The position numbers and the translations under genes were made by a program. A DNA stretch of 64,000 nucleotides from Gemmatimonadota bacterium (GTDB lineage Bacteria > Gemmatimonadota > Gemmatimonadetes > Palauibacterales > Palauibacteraceae), in the NCBI GenBank assembly GCA_963666735.1, contig OY762926.1:3808001-3872000 (forward strand), written 5' to 3'. Of the stretch, positions 20,408-30,926 are shown one piece after another. The notes below the pieces were generated by a model. The model saw only the letters and a program-made list of their open reading frames with translations, was not told the origin of the DNA and searched no databases. Position 1 is the stretch's first letter. Each line of letters begins with the position of its first letter.

Positions 20408-21691
20408 TTGAGAACAAGACTCGCTACTGCGGTTGCATTCGCCCTCGCGGGGGTTCTGACCCTTGGTTGGGCCGCATTCGGCCCGCGGGCCGGGCGGACG
20501 GAGGACGTCAAGGTCGTCGAAGTGCCGACGCCGCCTGCGCCCATCACCCTCGTGCATCGTCTTCAGCGGGGCGAGACGCTGGGGGATGTGTTCGAGGACC
20601 ATGGTCTGAATCCCGCCGCGACGCACGCCATCGCGGAAGCGATGGGCGAATTCGAGAGTCCACGCCGGCTGCGGCCGGGCGTCGCGATTCACTTCGTGCG
20701 CAGACCCGGTGAATCTCCGGCGCGCATCCGTGTCGACCTGGACCCCGACCGCATCCTCCATCTGTGGTCCGGCGACGAAGCCGGGCCGTTGTGGTCGGCG
20801 CGACTGGATTCGGTACAGGTGGTACGGGACACGCTCCTCCTGGCGGGTCTCATCCAGTCGAACCTGTTCGACGCCGAGTTGTCGGGCGACGTGGAGGCGC
20901 TCGGCGACGGGGATCGCTTCGATGTGCCGTACCGGATCGCGCAGGTCTTCGCGTGGCAGATCGATTTCTGGCGGGATCTGCGGCGAAATGACGCATACCG
21001 GCTTCTCATCGAGCGCGAAGTGCGGCCCGATGGATCCGTGCGCGACGCCAGGGTGCTCGCGGTGGATTTCCGGAACGACCGGCGGGTCCTCACGGGCGTG
21101 CGATTCGAGCACGCCGCGGCCGAGCGCGTCGAGTATTACGACGAAGCGGGCGAGGCCCTCCGGGGTCAGTTTCTGCTCGCGCCCCTGGACATCGCCCGCG
21201 TGACGAGCGGCTTCAACCTCAGGCGGTTCCACCCGGTGCTCCGGCGCACCCGACCGCATCTCGGCGTCGACTACGGGGCGGCGAGGGGCACGCCCGTGCG
21301 CGCAACGGGAGCGGGGCGCGTGACCCGGGCAGGGTCGTGGAGCACCTACGGGAACGCCGTCGAGATTCGTCACGCGAACAATATCCGCACCCGATATGCG
21401 CACCTCGCCAACGTGGCGCGCGGCGTCGCGACGGGGACTCGGGTGGAACAGGGGCAGGTCATCGGGTATGTGGGCGCCACTGGTCTCGCGACCGCGCCTC
21501 ATCTGCACTATGAGTTTCTCCGGAATGGCGCGCAGGTGAACCCGGCCCGTCTGCGGTTGCCCAGCGCCGAGCCGGTCCCCGCTGAGCTGCGCGAATCGTT
21601 TGCGGCGGTTCGGCATGCCGTGCTGGCGCGGTTGCGAAGCCTTCCGCTGCCTATCCATCCCACCCAGCGCCCTCGCCGCACACAGGATTGA
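20408..21691 (+). CDS. M23-family DD-endopeptidase (MepM-like)
   Basis: Zn ligands 'HLGVDY' and 'HLHYE'; 'RYAHL'; N-terminal TM and 'RGETL' OapA/LysM-like region. Confidence 0.88.
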   Translation: MRTRLATAVAFALAGVLTLGWAAFGPRAGRTEDVKVVEVPTPPAPITLVHRLQRGETLGDVFEDHGLNPAATHAIAEAMGEFESPRRLRPGVAIHFVRRPGESPARIRVDLDPDRILHLWSGDEAGPLWSARLDSVQVVRDTLLLAGLIQSNLFDAELSGDVEALGDGDRFDVPYRIAQVFAWQIDFWRDLRRNDAYRLLIEREVRPDGSVRDARVLAVDFRNDRRVLTGVRFEHAAAERVEYYDEAGEALRGQFLLAPLDIARVTSGFNLRRFHPVLRRTRPHLGVDYGAARGTPVRATGAGRVTRAGSWSTYGNAVEIRHANNIRTRYAHLANVARGVATGTRVEQGQVIGYVGATGLATAPHLHYEFLRNGAQVNPARLRLPSAEPVPAELRESFAAVRHAVLARLRSLPLPIHPTQRPRRTQD

Positions 21692-23667
21692 ACCCCGGCC
21701 TCTGGGTCCTCGTCGTGCTGGGCGCCGTCGCACTCGCCGGCTGGGCCTACGGCATGCGCGAGGAGCGTGTCGCGGGGCGCGCGGGTCCCGCCGCCGTCCG
21801 GGCGGCGGCCGTCTTCCTGATTCTGGGCGCCCTCGCGCTGCCCGCGCTGCGCGACAGCGGTGTCGGCGTGCCCGAACGCGTGGTGCTGCTCGACGTCTCG
21901 CGCAGCATGACGCTCCCGGTTCACGCCGGAGATGCCGGGGGGTCGACGCGGCTCGACTCGGCCCTGGCCCTGCTTCCCGAGCTCGCTCCTGATCGGGTTT
22001 ACCTGTTTGGAGACCGCCCCGTCCCCGCCCGACTCGATTCGCTGGACACGCTTGGCGCGGGGCACGACGCGAGCCGGCTCGAACCGGCCCTGCAGGCCGC
22101 GCGCCTGGGCGGAGCCGACAGCGTCTGGGTGCTCACCGACGGCGAACTCACGGATCGCGATGCCGCCCGTGAGACGGCTCAGGGGCTGGGGCTCGGGGTG
22201 CGTGAACTCCGCGTCGCCGCCATCGAGCCCCGCGTGGCGCTCGCGGCGCTGCGGGCGCCGGAGCGGACCCGGGTGGGCGATACCGTCCGCGCCACGCTGG
22301 AGTTTCATGCCGGCGGGGGCTCCGGTGGGGGCTCGGGAGGCGGATCCGGCGGCGGGAGCGAGTTGCCCGACAGCGTGAGCTTCCAGCTCGAGCGTGAGGG
22401 CACGGTCGTCACGACCATGCGGGCGCCCCGTCCCGCTCCCGGCCGGACGGGCCGCGCTCAAATCGCCTTCGTGCCGCGGGACGAAGGCGCCCGGCCCGCG
22501 TGGCGACGCTACGAAGCCGTGCTCACCGATCCGCCGGATCCCTTCGGCGTCTCCGGTCGGGCGGGCGCCTGGATCGAGGTCTCGGAAGCCTCCGCCGGGG
22601 CCGTGCTCGTGTCGCTGACTCCCGACTGGGAGGCGCGTTTCCTCGTGCCCGCCCTCGACCGGCTCGTGCTGGGAGGCGCGCGCGGCTATCTGCGCCTCGC
22701 CGATGACCGCTTTCTCGAGATGGGTGCCGGGCCCCGCATCGTCGAGGCGTCCCGGGTACGGGAAGCGGTACGGGGCGCCCGGCTGCTCGCCGTCCAGGCC
22801 GCCCCGGAGGATCTCCCGCCGTGGCTGGCCGGCGCGCTGAGGGCGCACGCGCGGACGCTCTTCCTCGCGGGCGGGCCGGGTGACGTGCCGGGAGTGGGAG
22901 TGCGCGTGACGGGTCCCCTGCCCGGGGAGTGGTACCCCGCCGGGCCGGTGCCGGCGAGCCCCTCGGCGGCGCTCCTCGCCGAGGCCGACCTGGATCTCCT
23001 GCCCCCCGTCCGCGAACTCTATGCCGTGGAGCCCGCCGGGAGATGGTCGGTGATCAACGCGAGCCGGAACCGGCGCGGCGAGGGGAGGCCGCTCCTCGCG
23101 GCGGGCGAAGATGGGACGCGCAGGTGGGCGCTCTCCGCGGCTTCCGACTGGTGGCGCTGGTCGCTGCGGGGGGATGAGCCGCGCAGGGTCTACGAGGGCG
23201 TGTTCAGCGGCATCGTCGGCTGGCTCGTCGAGGACGCCACGCCCCGGCTCGCCTCGCTCGCGCGGATGCCGGCGCCGGGCGAGCCGCCGGTGTGGCGCAT
23301 CCGCCCCGGGTCTTCCGACCTCACGATCCGGCTGCTCGATGAGACGGGCGCGGAAGTGTGGAACGAATCCGTGGCGGATCCTCCGGCCGAGGTCGTGGGT
23401 CCCGCTCTCCCGCTGGGTCGCTACGAGGCTCTGGTGACGGCGACCGGCCCCGAGGGATCCGTCGAACTCCGCCGGCCCGTCGACGTCGAACCCGATCCAC
23501 GCGAGTTTCTCCCCGGGCCCCCGTCCGAACCGCTGGCGATCGAAGCGCAGCCCTCTCCCCGGCCGCCGGCCGAAGTCCGGTCGCCCCGGCCCGTGTGGCC
23601 GTTCCTCCTCGCCGTTCTGCTCCTGTGCGGGGAGTGGGTGTGGCGGCACAGGATCGGACTCCGGTGA
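21688..23667 (+). CDS. Membrane-anchored vWA-domain protein
   Basis: Two N-terminal TMs, MIDAS 'DVSRS' plus 'TDG'; C-terminal TM 'LLCGEWVWRHRIGL'. Confidence 0.7.
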   Translation: MNPGLWVLVVLGAVALAGWAYGMREERVAGRAGPAAVRAAAVFLILGALALPALRDSGVGVPERVVLLDVSRSMTLPVHAGDAGGSTRLDSALALLPELAPDRVYLFGDRPVPARLDSLDTLGAGHDASRLEPALQAARLGGADSVWVLTDGELTDRDAARETAQGLGLGVRELRVAAIEPRVALAALRAPERTRVGDTVRATLEFHAGGGSGGGSGGGSGGGSELPDSVSFQLEREGTVVTTMRAPRPAPGRTGRAQIAFVPRDEGARPAWRRYEAVLTDPPDPFGVSGRAGAWIEVSEASAGAVLVSLTPDWEARFLVPALDRLVLGGARGYLRLADDRFLEMGAGPRIVEASRVREAVRGARLLAVQAAPEDLPPWLAGALRAHARTLFLAGGPGDVPGVGVRVTGPLPGEWYPAGPVPASPSAALLAEADLDLLPPVRELYAVEPAGRWSVINASRNRRGEGRPLLAAGEDGTRRWALSAASDWWRWSLRGDEPRRVYEGVFSGIVGWLVEDATPRLASLARMPAPGEPPVWRIRPGSSDLTIRLLDETGAEVWNESVADPPAEVVGPALPLGRYEALVTATGPEGSVELRRPVDVEPDPREFLPGPPSEPLAIEAQPSPRPPAEVRSPRPVWPFLLAVLLLCGEWVWRHRIGLR

Positions 23668-24608
23668 CGGGAACGCTCCGCCGCCCGAAACGCGGCCTGT
23701 GGCGGCGGATCGTCGACTTCGCGCTCACGGATGTGAACACGCTCGTCGACGGGGGGCTCGATGGCGCGGCCATCGAGCGCCTGGAGGAAGTCCTGCTCGA
23801 AGCGGATTTCGGGGTCGACATCACGCTCGAACTCGTCGAGGCGCTCGAGCGGGCGGCGAGCCGCGGCGCCATCGCGACGGAAGACGATCTGCGCGCTACG
23901 CTGAGGGCCCGGCTCGCCGAGGCGCTGGCCACTGCCGAGCCTCCCGCCGCTCAGCCCCCCGGCGGATCGCCCGGCGACCCGCCTCCGCCCGGCGCCGGAC
24001 CGGGCGTCCTCCTGCTCGTGGGCGTGAACGGCGTGGGGAAGACGACGACCGCGGCGAAGCTTGCCGCCCGCCTGCAGGCCGGAGGGGACCGCGTGCTGCT
24101 CGCGGCGGCGGACACGTTCCGCGCGGGGGCGCAGGAGCAGCTCCGGGCGTGGGCGGATCGGCTGCGGACCGATTTCGTCGGGGGAACGCCCGGAGCGGAC
24201 CCGGCCTCCGTGGCGTTCGACGCATTGGTGGCGGCGCGCGCGCGGGATGCCGCCTGGGTGCTGGTCGATACGGCCGGCCGGCTTCATACGCAGGACGATC
24301 TGATGCGCGAATTGGTCAAGATCGATCGAGTGCTCGGCCGACAGGTGGAGGGCGCGCCGTACGAGCGGCTGCTGGTCGTCGACGCGACCTCCGGACAGAA
24401 CGTGATGAACCAGGCGCGACAGTTCGGCGCGTCGCTCGACCTCACGGGTCTCGTGCTCGCGAAGTTCGACAGCACGGCGCGCGCCGGTACGGTCGTCTCC
24501 GTCGTGCGCGAACTCTCCGTCCCGGTTCGGTTCCTCGGAGTGGGGGAGTCCCCGGAAGACCTCGAGGAGTTCTCGCCCGACCGGTATCTCGACAAGATCC
24601 TGGTGTAG
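23664..24608 (+). CDS. ftsY: SRP receptor FtsY
   Basis: 'GVNGVGKTTT', 'DTFRAGA', 'DTAGR', 'DATSGQN', 'KFDSTA'. Confidence 0.95.
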   Translation: MTGTLRRPKRGLWRRIVDFALTDVNTLVDGGLDGAAIERLEEVLLEADFGVDITLELVEALERAASRGAIATEDDLRATLRARLAEALATAEPPAAQPPGGSPGDPPPPGAGPGVLLLVGVNGVGKTTTAAKLAARLQAGGDRVLLAAADTFRAGAQEQLRAWADRLRTDFVGGTPGADPASVAFDALVAARARDAAWVLVDTAGRLHTQDDLMRELVKIDRVLGRQVEGAPYERLLVVDATSGQNVMNQARQFGASLDLTGLVLAKFDSTARAGTVVSVVRELSVPVRFLGVGESPEDLEEFSPDRYLDKILV

Positions 24609-24612
24609 TCCG

Positions 24613-26787
24613 GTGACGCCCGCACGCTCCATCCTGAAGGGGTCCGTGCAGTACCTGAAGGGCGTCGGCCCTCGCCGGGCGGAGCGCTTCGCGAAGATCG
24701 ACGTGCACACGGGTCAGGATCTTCTCTACCACCTTCCGTACCGGTATGAGGACGCGACCACCGTCGACGCGATCTCCGAACTGAAGGTCGGCCAGGATGC
24801 GACGGTCATCGGGCGCGTGGTCTCGAAGGGCGTCATCCCCACGCGCCGCCGGCTGCGCGTCTTCCGTGCCGTGATCCGGGACGGGAGCGGCCACATCGAA
24901 TGCGCCTGGCCGGGACGCCCGTGGCTCGACCGGACGATCGACAAGGGCGACCTGCTGCTCGCCTCTGGACCCGTGCGCTTCTACCACGGCCGACAACTCC
25001 AGCCGCGCGAACACGTCGTGCTCGCCCAGGCCTCCGACGAGAGAGGCGCCTCCGGCGGCAGATCCGCCGGGCTGTCCGCGCCCTCCGGAGAAAGATCCGC
25101 GGAGCCGGCGGCCTCCGGGGAGCGTCCCTCCGCGGAGCGGCCCGTCGCGGGGCGGGTGTTCCCCGTCTACGCCGCCACCGAGGGGCTCACGCATCGGCAG
25201 ATCCGCGCCGTCATCGAACTGAACCTCGCCGGTCTCCTCTCCGACCTCGGAGACGAAGACCCGATTCCCGGCGACTGGCTCGAGGAACTCTCCCTCCCCC
25301 CGCTCCCGGAGGCCCTTCGCACGCTGCACCGCCCGTCCGCCGTCGCCCAGGTCGAGCGCTGCCAGCGGCGCCTCGCCTTCGAGGAACTCTTCTTCCTCCA
25401 GCTTCTCCACGCCCGAGCCCGCGCGCGTCTCCGGCACGAACTCCGGGGCATCGCCTTCGGTGCCCCGGCCACGCTCACCCGTTCGCTCCTGAACGCCCTC
25501 CCCTTCGAACTCACCGCGGCCCAGCGCCGGGCCTGGTCCGAGATCGAAGCCGACATGGCTCGCCCCGCGCCGATGAACCGTCTGCTGCAGGGAGATGTCG
25601 GGAGCGGGAAGACGGTCGTGGCCGCGCTCGCCATGCTCAAGGCGATCGAGGCGGGACGGCAGGCGGCGATCATGGCCCCGACGGAACTGCTGGCCGAGCA
25701 GCACCAGCGCACGTTCGTGGAGATGCTCGGCCCGCTCGGCGTGGAGCCTGTGCTCCTTACCGGTTCCGTCACCGGGAAGGCGCGACAGCGGGTCCTGGCG
25801 CGGATCGCCGCCGGCGACGCCCGCCTCGTCCTCGGCACGCACGCGCTGATCCAGGAGGGCGTCGACTTTGCGTCACCGGGGCTCGTCGTCATCGACGAAC
25901 AGCACCGCTTCGGCGTGGAACAGCGCCGCCGGCTTCGGGAGAGCGGCGAGGCCCCCGACGCCCTCGTGATGTCCGCGACGCCGATCCCCCGCAGCCTCGC
26001 CCTCGTTCTCTATGGCGACCTCGACCTCTCCATCATCGACGAACTTCCCCCGGGCCGGCGGCCGATCCGAACCGCGGTGCGCGGCGCCGAGAGCCGCGAT
26101 GCCGCGTTCGACTTCCTCGGCGACCAGCTCGCGGCGGGCCGCCAGGCGTACGTCGTCTACCCGCTCGTCGAGGAGTCCGAGGTCCTCGAGGCCCGCGCCG
26201 CCACGGTCATGTTCGAGCAGCTCGAGGCCCGTTTCCCGGACGCTGCGGTGCGGCTCCTGCACGGGCGCCTCTCCTCTGCGGAGAAGGACGAGGTAATGCG
26301 GAGCTTCCTCGCGGGCGACACGAACCTCCTGGTCGCGACCACGGTCATCGAGGTGGGCATCGACGTGCCCAACGCGACCGTGATGATGATCGAGGACGCG
26401 GAGCGTTTCGGCCTCGCGCAGCTCCATCAGCTGCGGGGACGCGTCGGGCGGGGCGCCGAGCAGTCCTACTGCATCGTCTTCCACGCCTCCGAGACGCCGT
26501 CGGAGCGGCTCGTCGCCTTCGAGAAGAAGACCAACGGCTTCGAACTCGCCGAGGAAGACCTCAGGATCCGCGGCCAGGGCGACCTCTTCGGCAAGGAGCA
26601 GCACGGCGCCGTCCTCCTGAAGTTCGCCCAACTGGACCGCGACCACGACCTGCTGGATGCCGGACGCCAGCGGGCCCGCGCCATCGTCGACGCCGACCCC
26701 GCGCTCTCGAAGCCGGCCCACCGCCGGTTCCGTCACGAACTCGAACTCCGCTACGCCCAGCGGGAGGCGCTCTACCACGTCGGTTGA
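24613..26787 (+). CDS. recG: ATP-dependent DNA helicase RecG
   Basis: 'LKGVGP', 'QGDVGSGKT', 'DEQHRFG', 'SATPIPR', 'QLRGRVGRG'. Confidence 0.97.
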   Translation: MTPARSILKGSVQYLKGVGPRRAERFAKIDVHTGQDLLYHLPYRYEDATTVDAISELKVGQDATVIGRVVSKGVIPTRRRLRVFRAVIRDGSGHIECAWPGRPWLDRTIDKGDLLLASGPVRFYHGRQLQPREHVVLAQASDERGASGGRSAGLSAPSGERSAEPAASGERPSAERPVAGRVFPVYAATEGLTHRQIRAVIELNLAGLLSDLGDEDPIPGDWLEELSLPPLPEALRTLHRPSAVAQVERCQRRLAFEELFFLQLLHARARARLRHELRGIAFGAPATLTRSLLNALPFELTAAQRRAWSEIEADMARPAPMNRLLQGDVGSGKTVVAALAMLKAIEAGRQAAIMAPTELLAEQHQRTFVEMLGPLGVEPVLLTGSVTGKARQRVLARIAAGDARLVLGTHALIQEGVDFASPGLVVIDEQHRFGVEQRRRLRESGEAPDALVMSATPIPRSLALVLYGDLDLSIIDELPPGRRPIRTAVRGAESRDAAFDFLGDQLAAGRQAYVVYPLVEESEVLEARAATVMFEQLEARFPDAAVRLLHGRLSSAEKDEVMRSFLAGDTNLLVATTVIEVGIDVPNATVMMIEDAERFGLAQLHQLRGRVGRGAEQSYCIVFHASETPSERLVAFEKKTNGFELAEEDLRIRGQGDLFGKEQHGAVLLKFAQLDRDHDLLDAGRQRARAIVDADPALSKPAHRRFRHELELRYAQREALYHVG

Positions 26788-26852
26788 CCCGGCCCGCGCT
26801 CCGGCAGTCGCGTTTGCCCCGCCCCGAAGGGCACCGCAACTTGTCGCGGCAC

Positions 26853-28154
<1,302 letters not shown>

Positions 28155-28191
28155 CCCACAGGGCCCCCGGCGGTCCCTGGAAGGAGGACGG

Positions 28192-28734
28192 ATGACAGGG
28201 AAACAGTTGTTTGGCACGACGCTCACGCTGGGCGCGGCCTTGGCACTCGGGACAGCTCTGGCGCTCGGGATGGCCCTGACACCGGCGGCTCCGCTCGCCG
28301 CGCAGGAGCACGCCGAGATGGCCGAGATGATGCACTCCGTCGAATACCTGGGCGGACGGCCCGGATCGCCCTTCTCCGAGGCCGTCCGGGTCGGGAACGT
28401 CCTCTACCTCTCCGGCAAGCTCGGGACCGTGCCCGGCGAGGGCCTCGCCGTGGGCGGGATCATCCCCGAGACGCAGCAGACGATGCGGAACATCGCGGAT
28501 GCGCTCGAGCGCTACGGCTCGTCGATGGACGAGGTCGTGAAGTGCACCGTCTTCCTGGCCGACATCGCCGATTTCCGCGACATGAGCCGCACCTACATGG
28601 AGTTCTTCCCCAACCATCGGCCGGCGCGCAGCGCGTTGGCGGTGGCCGGCCTGGTGCTGGATGCGCGCGTGGAAATCGAGTGCATCGCGACCATCGGCCT
28701 CCCGGGAAGCGGCGGCGGGGACGGCGGCTCATAG
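28192..28734 (+). CDS. RidA/YjgF family protein with N-terminal signal peptide
   Basis: 'PFSEAVRVGNVLYLSG', 'VVKCTVFL', 'PARS', 'VEIECIA'; hydrophobic leader ending 'PLAA-QE'. Confidence 0.85.
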   Translation: MTGKQLFGTTLTLGAALALGTALALGMALTPAAPLAAQEHAEMAEMMHSVEYLGGRPGSPFSEAVRVGNVLYLSGKLGTVPGEGLAVGGIIPETQQTMRNIADALERYGSSMDEVVKCTVFLADIADFRDMSRTYMEFFPNHRPARSALAVAGLVLDARVEIECIATIGLPGSGGGDGGS

Positions 28735-28753
28735 AGGCCCGCGGCGGCGTCCG

Positions 28754-28981
28754 GTGATCCGGCTCACCTGGCTCGGCTTCGTCGTCGGCGCGATCGTGTT
28801 CGCGGTGCTCGGGATGTGGATGAACACGCAGATCCCCGCCCCGATGTTCTCGAACCCCGGCCCCGTCGGGATCCTCGCCCTCATCGGCGGTACGACGTCG
28901 GGCCTCGTGAGCCCCCTCCTGTTTCGTCGCATCGGGGCCCGCCGCCGTCGCCGGGGTGTGGGCCGCAACTCGGAGCCCTGA
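28754..28981 (+). CDS. Small two-TM hypothetical membrane protein
   Basis: 75 aa from GTG; two hydrophobic segments; co-directional with the operon. Confidence 0.55.
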   Translation: MIRLTWLGFVVGAIVFAVLGMWMNTQIPAPMFSNPGPVGILALIGGTTSGLVSPLLFRRIGARRRRRGVGRNSEP

Positions 28982-29005
28982 CCGAGACGTTCCCGCGGGA
29001 ACGTC

Positions 29006-29689
29006 CTATCCCGCCTCTCCGGTCTCGGCGAGGCGCCGCAGGACGCCGGCGTCGAGGCGGTGTCCTCCCGCGTAGGTTTGGGAGGTGAAACGGACGCGCG
29101 CCGCCCGTAGCCGCGCCTCGTGGGCTTCGATGGCGGCCCGATCGAAGTACTCGTCCGCCTCGCCCACGACGAGGTGGAGACCGGCGGCGGAGAGCGTGTC
29201 GCCGTGCTCGCTCAGGTCGAGGTCCGGCGGCACCGTCGAGCCCCACAGGATGGCACGGTCGATGCGGGCGCGGCCGAACGCGAGCCAGCGGCACAGGGTG
29301 TGGACGCCCTGCGAGAACCCGAGTCCCACGATCCGCGGGGGCGCCGACCCTCCGGCCGTCCTTCGTGACTCCTCGGCGAGCACGTGTGCGTGGAGCCGGT
29401 CGAGGTAGCCGATGTAGTCCTCGATGTCCGTGAGACGGTCTTCGCTCGTCATCCACGAGGCGCCCACCTTGCGCGACTCATGGTCGATGTACTGCCGGTG
29501 CAGGCCCTCCGGAGCGACGACGCACCGGGCGCCCGCGTGGATCGGCTGGAAATACCGCAGGAAGCGGTGGGCGAGCTGGTTGTACCCGTGCAGGGCGAAC
29601 CAGATCTCGGTCACCGGTCGCTCGTGCGGCTCGAGAACGGCGAATCGCATGCGCCGCTCGATCGTGATGTGTCTCGGTTCGATCGACAC
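29006..29689 (-). CDS. Phospholipase/carboxylesterase-type alpha/beta hydrolase
   Basis: 'LHGY', nucleophile elbow 'GFSQG', 'GEAD', 'GGH'; GTG start with GGAGG RBS. Confidence 0.85.
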   Translation of the reverse strand: MSIEPRHITIERRMRFAVLEPHERPVTEIWFALHGYNQLAHRFLRYFQPIHAGARCVVAPEGLHRQYIDHESRKVGASWMTSEDRLTDIEDYIGYLDRLHAHVLAEESRRTAGGSAPPRIVGLGFSQGVHTLCRWLAFGRARIDRAILWGSTVPPDLDLSEHGDTLSAAGLHLVVGEADEYFDRAAIEAHEARLRAARVRFTSQTYAGGHRLDAGVLRRLAETGEAG

Positions 29690-29726
29690 CAAACCTCCGG
29701 GGTCGGAAGGGATGATAGGTTGTCGC

Positions 29727-30170
29727 ATGGCTTCCGGGTTCGTCTACAGGCGCAGGGTCGAGTTCGCGGATACGGACACCGCGAACCTCATCCACTTCAC
29801 GGCGCTCCTCCGCTTCATGGAGGAGGCCGAGCACGCGCTCTACCGGTCGCTGGACTTCGTCGGCTATCGCTGGAGCGAGGACTCCGTGTTCGGCATGCCG
29901 CGCGTCTCCGTCTCGTGCGACTACCTGGGCGCCGTCCGCTACGGCGACGAGGTGGACGTCAGGCTCCGGGTCAGAGAGGTGCGCCGCAAGGCGATCCGCT
30001 ATTCCGCCGAGTTCACGATCGACCGCTCAGGAGGGCGGGACGTCGTGGCCCGCAGCGACTGGACCGTCGTCTGCGCCCGCCGGGAGCACGGCAGCCTCGA
30101 CTGGCAGGGCATCGAGATCCCTCCGCCGCTCAAGGCACGCCTCGAGGCGGTGTCCGCCGCCCCCGAATAA
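29727..30170 (+). CDS. Acyl-CoA thioesterase (4HBT/YbgC hot-dog family)
   Basis: 'VEFADTDTANLIHF...FMEEAE', 'CDYLGAVRYGD'. Confidence 0.85.
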   Translation: MASGFVYRRRVEFADTDTANLIHFTALLRFMEEAEHALYRSLDFVGYRWSEDSVFGMPRVSVSCDYLGAVRYGDEVDVRLRVREVRRKAIRYSAEFTIDRSGGRDVVARSDWTVVCARREHGSLDWQGIEIPPPLKARLEAVSAAPE

Positions 30171-30197
30171 GCCGCCTGCCGAAGCCGGGACGGGTCC

Positions 30198-30611
30198 TCA
30201 GGCGTCCGCGCTGAACACCGTTCCCCCGGCCTCAGCCGCGGCTCTCGCGAGCTCTTGGTCCAGCGTTGCAAGGGGGCCGTCCAGGCGTAACGCCAATTCC
30301 AGGTACATCGCGTCGTAGACCGTCAGGTTGTGCTCCCGCGCGATCCGGAGGACCATGGCGCCATGCGGCGTGTGATCCAGCGTGATGGGCAGGTCGTCGA
30401 GTGCCGCGAGTGCGGCATCCGTGCCCGCGGGCGAAATGCGGCCCCTTCTCTCGGCGGCGAGGAGACCGTTGCGCAGTTCCGCCCACCAGATCTGCGGCGC
30501 CATGCCACCCCCGACCCTCAACCGCTTCAGCGCCGCGTCAGCGAGGGCGGAGGACTCATCCACCAAGGCCCAAGCCAAGGCGGCGGAACAGTCGATGACA
30601 AGCGGTCTCAC
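30198..30611 (-). CDS. vapC: PIN-domain toxin (VapC)
   Basis: Acidic tetrad in 'VIDCS', 'AE', 'VYDAMY', 'ATLD'; overlaps the antitoxin by 4 nt. Confidence 0.9.
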   Translation of the reverse strand: MRPLVIDCSAALAWALVDESSALADAALKRLRVGGGMAPQIWWAELRNGLLAAERRGRISPAGTDAALAALDDLPITLDHTPHGAMVLRIAREHNLTVYDAMYLELALRLDGPLATLDQELARAAAEAGGTVFSADA

Positions 30612-30850
30612 CGGCGGCCTTCGTCCCGGAAGGCCAGGATCTCTTCGACAGAGAGGGTACCAAACTGCTCACGGAGCGCCTTCAGCCTCGCGACGGCCGC
30701 GTCCACCGCCTGAAGATCGGGAGTGTTTGGGGGAACGAGCCGGGCCATGGGACGTCCTCGCTTCGTGATCACGACGGTCTCACCGGCTGCCACCGATTCG
30801 AGAAGAGCCGAGAGGTGTGTCTTCGCTTCGAATGTGCCTACTTCGCGCAT
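30608..30850 (-). CDS. Phd/YefM-family antitoxin
   Basis: 'EAKTHLSALLESVAAGETVVITKRGRPMARLVP'. Confidence 0.9.
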   Translation of the reverse strand: MREVGTFEAKTHLSALLESVAAGETVVITKRGRPMARLVPPNTPDLQAVDAAVARLKALREQFGTLSVEEILAFRDEGRR

Positions 30851-30881
30851 CTCGCTATCCTCATCCTCCGCTCAGGTAATA

Positions 30882-30920
30882 AACTAGTCAACAATCTAGT
30901 TGTCTGGCGCGATGCGTCAA
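30882..30920 (-). promoter_or_regulatory. TA promoter with overlapping inverted-repeat operator
   Basis: Minus-strand TTGACG, 16 bp, TAGATT; inverted repeat AACTAG (30882-30887) / CTAGTT (30896-30901) overlaps the -10. Confidence 0.55.
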
Positions 30921-30926
30921 GCTGGG

